Notes under the pieces: model-generated
The model's database searches: none
Seen by the model: the letters and a program-made list of their open reading frames with translations, nothing else
What the model was told of the DNA's origin: nothing
Shown here: in pieces, positions 56,951-64,000 of the stretch
Numbering within the stretch: position 1 is the stretch's first letter
Layout of the letters: each line of letters opens with the position of its first letter
Made by a program: the position numbers and the translations under genes
Assembly: GCA_965602015.1 (NCBI GenBank)
Contig: OZ271918.1
Span: 2,624,001-2,688,000, forward strand
Length of the DNA stretch: 64,000 nt
DNA from: Salinispira sp.
GTDB taxonomy: Bacteria > Spirochaetota > Spirochaetia > DSM-27196 > Salinispiraceae
Direction of reading: 5' to 3'

Positions 56951-57403
56951 TCAGCGGGTGATAAGTATTATGCTCACATAGCCTGCGGCAAAACTCGCGG
57001 TGGCGGCCACGCCGGATAAGCGATGTTCCAGGGATCCTTTTTCCAGGATGAACGCGTTGGCAACCATTGCGCCAATTCCCACTGCGCTGAAAAGCATGTG
57101 GGGCCAAACCTCATCAATGCGGTCAAGGTAGGCGATGCTTCCGGCCAGGGAGCTGGTGAAGGCGCTGCCCAGAGCGGCATAGCCGATTATGGAATGATAC
57201 TCAAAACCGAGCAGCCCGCTGACGCCGGTGGCGGCTACCAGGCCGAGACTTACATAGCCGCCGATTTGATGGAGATCATTCCGGCGGATTACCTGGCCGA
57301 GACCAGCGGCTCCCCGCTCTCCGTCACCGGATTCGCCTCCCTCAGCGGCCAGGGGAGAGAGGGCAATTGTGAGCATCAGGGCAATGAGCAGTAGCTTTTT
57401 CAT
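56951..57403 (-). CDS. Hypothetical membrane protein with signal peptide and His-containing TM helices
   Basis: ATG 57403 after GAGG; four short hydrophobic helices, each preceded by His. Confidence 0.65.
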   Translation of the reverse strand: MKKLLLIALMLTIALSPLAAEGGESGDGERGAAGLGQVIRRNDLHQIGGYVSLGLVAATGVSGLLGFEYHSIIGYAALGSAFTSSLAGSIAYLDRIDEVWPHMLFSAVGIGAMVANAFILEKGSLEHRLSGVAATASFAAGYVSIILITR

Positions 57404-57479
57404 GAAGACCTCGCTTTTACGGTGGTTTTTGAAACCTATTGCCCGGGGTTTCAAAAGGCAAGATGTTTAAATACATATG

Positions 57480-57527
57480 TAGTGCCCCCAAAACAGCTGA
57501 TTTAAATCAGCTGTTTTGGGGGCAGTA
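57480..57527. repeat. 44-bp palindrome, collapsed member of the MITE-like family, TA-flanked
   Basis: TA-GTGCCCCCAAAACAGCTGATTT/AAATCAGCTGTTTTGGGGGCAG-TA. Confidence 0.9.
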
Positions 57528-57531
57528 GGAA

Positions 57532-58659
57532 ATGCAAATGGAAGACGGAAAACTGTTCAGGGAAGCCTTCAACTCAGAGGTCATCGCATATATTGCAGAT
57601 GGCCTCGTCCGGGCCGATCCGAGTATCGATTCACGGCTGTTTATTGGCATGGCCAACGAAGGGCTTGAAGACTTGAGCTTTGGCGACCGTGGGGAAAACA
57701 TCTACCGCGCCTTAAAAGCGGTCCTGCCTTCGGATTTTCTGCGGGCGGCTGAAATTCTGGTGAACAGCCTGGGGCCCGAACCAATAAGCGACCGGCTTGA
57801 GGGGTTTGACGGGTTTTACACCATACCCCTGTCCACATATATTTACCGGCACGGACTGGACTATCCGGATACCTCGCTAGGTGCCTTGTATGAAATAACC
57901 AAGCGGTTCAGCGCGGAGTTCGCCGTCCGGCCGTTTATCGAACAGCATTATGGAAAGACCATGAAGTTTCTTCACGTGATCTGTGAGGACCCGAGCCCGT
58001 TCGCCAGGCGCTTGGCGAGCGAAGGCACCAGGCCGCGGCTGCCCCTTGCCTCAAGGCTCAAGGCTTTCCAGCAGAATCCCCGGCCGGTAATCGAGCTCCT
58101 GGACAGACTCTTTTTGGACGAAAATCTCATGGTGCGCCGGTCAGTGGCGAATAATATCAACGATATCAGCAAGGATAATCCCGACGCCGCCGTCGAAGCC
58201 CTGAGCCGCTGGAGAAAAACCGGGCCGGGAAAGGAGACCGAATGGATTATCCGCCACGGCCTCCGAAGCCTGGTCAAAAGCGGCCACCCGGAAGCGCTGT
58301 CCCTCCTGGGTTATTCCCCGGGCGGCATCGATCTGGTTTCTTCGCATTGCAGCGCTCCGGCGGTGGAGCTGGGCGGGTCCCTGCTCTTTCGCTGGCGCAT
58401 TGCCAATGCCGCACCGGAGAAGCAAAAGCTGCTTATCAATTACATCATTCACTTCGTTAAGGCAAACGGGAAGCGCTCCAAAAAAATCTTCCGCCTGGCG
58501 GAGAAGACAATTCCCGCCGGCGGAGAACTAACAGTGGAAAAACTGCATAAATTCCGTGCATTCAAAAACCAGCGATTTTACCCCGGAACCCATTTCGTCG
58601 AAATAAGCGTAAACGCCCGATACATGGGCCGGCTTGAGTTCGAACTGCAGATCGGGTAA
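57532..58659 (+). CDS. DNA alkylation repair protein (HEAT-repeat, YhaZ/AlkC-like)
   Basis: TKRFSAEFAVRPF, RRLASEGTRPRLP, VRRSVANNINDISK, C-terminal Ig-like domain. Confidence 0.85.
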   Translation: MQMEDGKLFREAFNSEVIAYIADGLVRADPSIDSRLFIGMANEGLEDLSFGDRGENIYRALKAVLPSDFLRAAEILVNSLGPEPISDRLEGFDGFYTIPLSTYIYRHGLDYPDTSLGALYEITKRFSAEFAVRPFIEQHYGKTMKFLHVICEDPSPFARRLASEGTRPRLPLASRLKAFQQNPRPVIELLDRLFLDENLMVRRSVANNINDISKDNPDAAVEALSRWRKTGPGKETEWIIRHGLRSLVKSGHPEALSLLGYSPGGIDLVSSHCSAPAVELGGSLLFRWRIANAAPEKQKLLINYIIHFVKANGKRSKKIFRLAEKTIPAGGELTVEKLHKFRAFKNQRFYPGTHFVEISVNARYMGRLEFELQIG

Positions 58660-58708
58660 TGTGCCGGCAGCGTAACCGCGTCGAATCCGCCGGGTATTGC
58701 GGCCGGCA

Positions 58709-59656
58709 TCAGCGGCCTGTGCCCGGCGTATCTCTGTCTGCAGCCCGGGGCCTGAGAATGACCGCGTCGCCCTCGCGCTCCAGCTTCAAGGAGCGGGCAT
58801 CGCCGATTTCTTTTATGTAATCCTCGGGCAGCTGCAGCCGTCCGGCCCTGTCGAGCATCACCAGTTCCTCGTGGCTTTCCTGCTGCATGAGTTCATCGGA
58901 GCTGATCTGCTGAAGTTCGCGTAAAAAGGCCGCCTTCGGCACGAATTCGCTGCTGGCCTTCCCGTCGCGGATGGCCACCACCCGGTCGACCAGGCGGGTA
59001 AGCATCATATCATGTGTGACGATGAGGATGCTTAAGCCCAGTTCCCGGTTTACCGTCCTGAACAGTTCCATTATCCGTTCCATAGTGGGACGGTCCACCG
59101 ACCCCGTGGGCTCGTCGGCCAGGAGGATTCTCGGCCGGTTTGCCAGTGCGATGGCGATGGCCACCCGCTGCTGCTCTCCGCCGGATAGTTCGGTCAGGCG
59201 GTTTTCCGCCCGGTGGGAGAGTCCCACGGTTTCAAGCAGCCAGTCGCCCCACTCCCGGGCCTCCTGTTTGCCCATGGCGCCTTGTGCCAGGACGCCGATG
59301 TCCATCACCAGCGACAGGTTAGCCCGGGCGCTCAAATAAGGCAGGAGATTCCTCGCATTGTTCTGCCAGACAAATCCCACGCTGTCCCGGCGGTATTCCA
59401 CCAGCTCCCGGGCGCTCAGGGTGAAAACTTCCCGGCCGTCAACCGTCAGAGACCCCGCCGACGGCTGATCGAGTCCTCCAATCATGTTGAGGAGCGTGCT
59501 CTTCCCGCTGCCGCTGTTTCCGATTACAGCGCAAATCTCGCCTTCGGGAATATCCAGATCGAGCCCCTGCAGGGCCATGACCTCGCTCTCTCCGCTGCGG
59601 TAGATTTTTACAATATTCCGGCAACTGATAATGTTTTTCCGCAGCTGCTCAGCCAT
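58709..59656 (-). CDS. ABC transporter ATP-binding protein (LolD/MacB type) with AbrB-like C-terminal extension
   Basis: GNSGSGKS, LSGGEQQR, LADEPTG; LDRAGRLQLP tail. Confidence 0.9.
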   Translation of the reverse strand: MAEQLRKNIISCRNIVKIYRSGESEVMALQGLDLDIPEGEICAVIGNSGSGKSTLLNMIGGLDQPSAGSLTVDGREVFTLSARELVEYRRDSVGFVWQNNARNLLPYLSARANLSLVMDIGVLAQGAMGKQEAREWGDWLLETVGLSHRAENRLTELSGGEQQRVAIAIALANRPRILLADEPTGSVDRPTMERIMELFRTVNRELGLSILIVTHDMMLTRLVDRVVAIRDGKASSEFVPKAAFLRELQQISSDELMQQESHEELVMLDRAGRLQLPEDYIKEIGDARSLKLEREGDAVILRPRAADRDTPGTGR

Positions 59657-60311
59657 GGTTGCCTCCGGTCAGATCGATGAGGTTTTGGGCCACGTCGGTC
59701 ATGCGGGGATCGTGGGTGGCCATGATTACCGTATGGCCTTCCTTTTCAACAAGGTCGCTGAATAGCCTGATTATCTGAAGCCCCGTATGGGAATCCAGTT
59801 CAGCGGTCGGCTCGTCGGCGATAATAATATCGGGATGATGGGCGACCGCCCGGGCTATGCCGGTGCGCTGCTGTTCGCCTCCGGACATGTGCGCAGGGAA
59901 GTGATCCATGCGCTCGGCGAGTCCCACCATTGTCAGGTAATCCCGCGCCCGCTTCCGGGCCTCCTTCCAGGGAATCCCGGCGATCCGCAGGGCAAACTCG
60001 ACATTTTCCCGTGCAGTCATTCCGGGCAGCAGGGCTACCGACTGGAACACGAATCCGATTCGCCGGCGCCTAAGGTCATCGCGATTTGCATCGCTCATGG
60101 CGGCGATGTCGTCGTCTTTGAGGAGAATCTTACCGCTGTCCGGCCTGTCGAGGGCTCCCAGCAGGTTGATAAGCGTAGTTTTTCCCGAACCGCTGGGCCC
60201 CTCCAGTACGCAGAGCTCTCCTTCTGAAATACTGAAGGAGAGATTGCTGATCACCGTCGTTCGGCGGGATCCGCTGACATAACTCCTGGAGATATTCTCC
60301 GCCCGTATCAT
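59649..60311 (-). CDS. ABC transporter ATP-binding protein (LolD/MacB type)
   Basis: GPSGSGKTT, MSGGEQQR, IADEPTAELD. Confidence 0.92.
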   Translation of the reverse strand: MIRAENISRSYVSGSRRTTVISNLSFSISEGELCVLEGPSGSGKTTLINLLGALDRPDSGKILLKDDDIAAMSDANRDDLRRRRIGFVFQSVALLPGMTARENVEFALRIAGIPWKEARKRARDYLTMVGLAERMDHFPAHMSGGEQQRTGIARAVAHHPDIIIADEPTAELDSHTGLQIIRLFSDLVEKEGHTVIMATHDPRMTDVAQNLIDLTGGNHG

Positions 60312-63101
60312 CTAACCCTCACCAAGTTTCAGCGCGGCGCTGACGTTTAATCTGCGGATCAGAATCTGAAGAAGCACCGATCCTCCCACGGCCAATACAA
60401 CTCCCAGCAGGTAAATGCGCAGGTAATCCCGTGAGTCCGCCAGCACCCGGAAGGGAAGAACCGGGTTGCCAGCCAGGATTTCCATGAGGGGGCCGAACAG
60501 CAGGGTGGTAAGGGCGCCAATGAAAACCCCGGTAACCAGGGAACTGCCGACCAGGGAGAGCATTTCGATGGCCGGCACCCGGCTGAGCTCGGCGGGTCCC
60601 AGGCCCATGGCGCGCACCACGCCGAACTGAAGCCGCCTGTCCCGCAGGGAAAGCAGCAAATAAAGAATAAAGCCCGCCGAGCAGATAAGCATGGTCACCA
60701 GGAAGCTCAACGTGAGGGCGCCATTGATGCCCTGAACCAGGGCGTCGTTCTTCAGCCTCACCAGCTCCTGGGAACTGTTCTCCATCCTGGTAATGCCGAT
60801 CTCCCGGTTTTCGATTGCCTCGTAGAGGTCCCGATCGGACGGGGCCTCTTCCCTGCTGAGCCAGAATTCATAGGGCGTCAATCCGGCGCTGTTCTGAAGA
60901 TATTCCAGATTTGCCACCACGATTGACGATTCTCCGGGGTCCCAGCCCGGCCAGTGTTCAACGAAGGCGTACACCGTCCCTGCGGCTTCCTGCCCGTCGC
61001 CGAAGCGGAAAACCAGGGACTGTCCTGCTTGCAGCTGAGATGACAGATCCGAGGAAACAAGCAGGGCATCGGGGCTGGCGCTCAGTAAATTCAGGTAATG
61101 GAACCAATGCCAGGGCAGCAGGTCGTCCCGAAACCAGGCGATCCGCCCGAATTCGCTGGGCCGCAGCCCCATGACCTGCACATCCTGCCGCCATTGATTG
61201 TCGATGCTGGCCTGGCCGCCGGAATCGAGATACACCGGGGTCATTTCCCTGATGCCCGGCAAAGTTCGGAACTGGTCTCTGGGCGGTTCCTCCCACCGGG
61301 GACGGGTAAGCACGTCGAGCTGGCTCGCCCAAGGATTGTCGCCCACATCGTGGTGATCGACCCACTCGGGCATTATTCGCAGGTCCGCGCCGATGCGGTA
61401 ACGGATGTCCTCCTCAAGATTCGCATTGAGGATGCGGGCGGCATTGGCGTTAAACATGCCCACCGCAATGGAGAACAGGACGAAAAGCATAAGGAACTGC
61501 ATCCTCCCGTCCATTCTGCTGAGATTTAGCAGGGCCATATAGGAAGCGGGCTTCCAACGGGCCCGGCCCAGACGGAAAACCAGACTGATAACCCGGGGGA
61601 AAAAGCGGAGAAAGAGTAATCCCGCACCGAGAATAAACACCGTAGTGAGCAGGAACAGCAGGGGATCGAGATTCTCAAGCAGCACGTCGGCGCTGTTGCT
61701 TCGAAGAAGCTCAATCTGGGCCCGGTAGCGGTACAGGCCGTATGCCGAAGCTCCCAAAGCACCCAGGTCGACGAACCAGCGCTGCCACCCCGGGCGCCCC
61801 AAACCACCGGGAGTGCGGCTTTTTAATTCCACGATGCTGGTGCGGGCCGCCCGGTAGGTCGGAACGCTTACCAGCAGCACCAGAAGGAGGCCAGCGCCGG
61901 CGCTGAACAGGAAGGCGCTGGCGCCCAGCCGGAAATCCATCATGCTGCGGCTGACGAACTCCATAAAACCCGAGCTCGAGCCCAGCAGCCGGCAGAAGGC
62001 CAGGCCGAGGAAGGGCCCGATGAGGACGGCGACGGCGGCGAGAATCCCGTACTCGAGCAGGTAACGGCGAAGGATGAGTGCCGGACCGGCTCCCCTGCCC
62101 TGCAGCATGGCGATTTCATTGCGTTCCCGCTCGATAATCAGCCGGGACAGCATGAGGATGTAAAACGCCAGCAGAATCAGTACCGGTAGGATGAGCATCG
62201 CCAGGAACAGGTTGAAACGTCCCCTCCGGTTGATGTACTGCTCGAGCTGAGGTGAGGCGGCGAACTCCAGCTCCATGGCTCCCTGGAAGTCGGAAAGCAG
62301 GCGGCGATGGGCGTCCAAGGTACCCATGAGTGGAGCTACCATGGAGGTGTCCATGACGCGGTAATCATAGGCGTAGGCCCAGTAGGCCCGGGACAGCAGC
62401 TCGCCCTGGCCTCCCAAAAACAGGGTTTCAAAGCTTCCGGGGCTGACCACCAGCTTGCGGCCGAGATGATCCATTCCCCGGAACCAGTAGGGATCCCGGG
62501 GATCCGAAGCGCCGAACACCCCGACGACCCGGGCGGGAATCGGCGCCGCTTCGCCGGGCAGATGAACTTCGTATGTCAGGCCTGCGACCAGCTCCGCCTC
62601 CAGCAGCGCCCGTTCGCTGACCATCAGTTCGAGGACGCCGCCGACCGCATAGTCCTCAGCGGCCCGGCCGTAAATCATCTCAACATGTGACTGGGAATCG
62701 CTGAGACTCGCCAACTGGAACCAGCGGTCGGCCGACTCTCCCAGGTCGGGCCGTCCAAGGCGCAGCTCCCTGGTGTTCACTTCCCGGGCCATGGACAGCA
62801 GGGGCAGGGGAATATCCCCGGACAGGCGCTCCCCTATGCTCTGGTCGATAATATCAAAAACCCGCAGGCGCTGATCATCGTCCAGGCCGAAGCGCAAATC
62901 CACATCGAGCACATAATTACCGGGAAAGCGGTTTTCCTCGATCTGAAGAGTTTCCATATCGCGGACCAGAAGCTCCATGAGGCTCCCCGCGGAGTACAGG
63001 GGAATGCTGGCAGCCAGGGCTGCGGTCAGGATGAAACCAATCAGCAGGGGAAGGGAACTCTCGGGATTGTGAAGGATTTTCCGGATTACAGATTTAACCA
63101 C
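60312..63101 (-). CDS. FtsX-like ABC permease (duplicated MacB architecture)
   Basis: ERNEIAMLQGRGA and RRLQFGVVRAMG FtsX motifs; two large periplasmic loops. Confidence 0.88.
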   Translation of the reverse strand: MVKSVIRKILHNPESSLPLLIGFILTAALAASIPLYSAGSLMELLVRDMETLQIEENRFPGNYVLDVDLRFGLDDDQRLRVFDIIDQSIGERLSGDIPLPLLSMAREVNTRELRLGRPDLGESADRWFQLASLSDSQSHVEMIYGRAAEDYAVGGVLELMVSERALLEAELVAGLTYEVHLPGEAAPIPARVVGVFGASDPRDPYWFRGMDHLGRKLVVSPGSFETLFLGGQGELLSRAYWAYAYDYRVMDTSMVAPLMGTLDAHRRLLSDFQGAMELEFAASPQLEQYINRRGRFNLFLAMLILPVLILLAFYILMLSRLIIERERNEIAMLQGRGAGPALILRRYLLEYGILAAVAVLIGPFLGLAFCRLLGSSSGFMEFVSRSMMDFRLGASAFLFSAGAGLLLVLLVSVPTYRAARTSIVELKSRTPGGLGRPGWQRWFVDLGALGASAYGLYRYRAQIELLRSNSADVLLENLDPLLFLLTTVFILGAGLLFLRFFPRVISLVFRLGRARWKPASYMALLNLSRMDGRMQFLMLFVLFSIAVGMFNANAARILNANLEEDIRYRIGADLRIMPEWVDHHDVGDNPWASQLDVLTRPRWEEPPRDQFRTLPGIREMTPVYLDSGGQASIDNQWRQDVQVMGLRPSEFGRIAWFRDDLLPWHWFHYLNLLSASPDALLVSSDLSSQLQAGQSLVFRFGDGQEAAGTVYAFVEHWPGWDPGESSIVVANLEYLQNSAGLTPYEFWLSREEAPSDRDLYEAIENREIGITRMENSSQELVRLKNDALVQGINGALTLSFLVTMLICSAGFILYLLLSLRDRRLQFGVVRAMGLGPAELSRVPAIEMLSLVGSSLVTGVFIGALTTLLFGPLMEILAGNPVLPFRVLADSRDYLRIYLLGVVLAVGGSVLLQILIRRLNVSAALKLGEG

Positions 63102-63110
63102 AGCTTCACT

Positions 63111-64000
63111 CTAATACAGCACAGTCCAGCCCTCTTCCAGGCCGTCGCGAATTTCGAAGAAGCGGTCGGATTCGAGCCCTAGGCTGACATCCTGCTCCCT
63201 GATTACCCCGTCCTCCAGCAGCCGTACGAATCTGCGGGTCTGGAATCGCTGAATTGCCGATTTGGGAAGAAGCAGTACCCCTTCCCTCCTGGCGATCACC
63301 GCGAAAATATCCGCAGCGCTTCCCTCTCCGATATCAGCCGGCAGCCCGTCTACCCTGAATTGAACACTCTCCCGATAGGCCTGGTACTGATCCGTCGGCA
63401 CGTCCCGGGGGGTGCTCACCACCTGTCCCCGGTAATCCTCGCCGAGAACGCTGACTTCTACTTCCATTCCCCTGCTGAACGACTGATGCTCTCTGCCGGT
63501 GTATTGGACAATGAGGCTTTCGGGGCTTGAAATCCGGATAAACGGCTGGCGGGCCTGGATATACCGGCCTTCTTCCGAGGTATCGAGAAAAACCACCAGG
63601 CCGCCGATGGGTGCGTAAAGCCGGGAAGAAACAAGCTGCCGGCGGTATTCTTCCAGTCGTATCCGGCTCAGCTGGAGTGAATGGGAGGTGTTCATGCGGT
63701 TTCTCATGTGCCCTGCCACGCTCAAATCCCGGCGGATTTTCTGCTTTTCCACCGCTCGCTGCATGGCTTCCAGTTCCCTGCGCGGCCTGTCGCCCAGCTG
63801 CTGGGCCAGATCGTGCTCCTGTTCCAGCTCCGCAAGGGTGAGGTCCTCAAGGGCGATCTCCAGCTCCGCGCTGACCGTCAGATTCTCAAGCTGATCCTCG
63901 TAGAGGGCGATGTTTAACTCTTCCTGGCTTATCATGCTCTCGAGCTCGTTGGTGTCCAGCTCGGCCAACAACTGACCGGGCCTCACCTGATCGCCGACCC
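63111..64000 (-). CDS. Efflux periplasmic adaptor subunit (HlyD/MacA-like), 5' end outside the window
   Basis: GDQVRPGQLLAELD, coiled coil, LYAPIGG.V, LPKSAI, EIRDGLEEG. Confidence 0.88.
   Translation of the reverse strand, partial: VGDQVRPGQLLAELDTNELESMISQEELNIALYEDQLENLTVSAELEIALEDLTLAELEQEHDLAQQLGDRPRRELEAMQRAVEKQKIRRDLSVAGHMRNRMNTSHSLQLSRIRLEEYRRQLVSSRLYAPIGGLVVFLDTSEEGRYIQARQPFIRISSPESLIVQYTGREHQSFSRGMEVEVSVLGEDYRGQVVSTPRDVPTDQYQAYRESVQFRVDGLPADIGEGSAADIFAVIARREGVLLLPKSAIQRFQTRRFVRLLEDGVIREQDVSLGLESDRFFEIRDGLEEGWTVLY

Overview
A GC-rich bacterial chromosomal window, most likely from a free-living spirochaete (inferred from several spirochaete-style lipoprotein signal peptides and a large MCP). 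I found no rRNA, tRNA, CRISPR array or intact transposase. Main blocks: (1) an NmrA/MarR/MCP region; (2) a three-gene minus-strand operon of a lipoprotein cyanophycinase, a YfcC-type transporter fused to three copies of an unfamiliar extracytoplasmic domain, and a secreted stand-alone copy of that domain, which is the best candidate for an undescribed system (surface cyanophycin scavenging); (3) a di-domain hemerythrin and an SbtA/SbtB-like bicarbonate transporter with a LysR; (4) a ~19 kb anaerobic purine-catabolism operon (ygfK, ssnA, ygeY, xdhA/C/B-like, 8-oxoguanine deaminase-like, ygfM, xdhD, ygeW) with no ygeX or hyuA in this window but two other PLP enzymes, flanked by ade, a type II ABC importer and mocA; (5) PKD/Ig surface lipoproteins, a DEAD-box helicase, MscS, an M20 peptidase, a CoA-disulfide reductase-rhodanese, a GH4 glycosidase with AraC, a DNA alkylation repair protein and a MacAB/FtsX-type ABC exporter. 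Non-coding signals include a TA-flanked palindromic MITE-like family (3 copies), several short tandem repeats, symmetric divergent promoters with operators and probable leaderless genes. All functional calls come from motif recognition by eye; no database searches were run.
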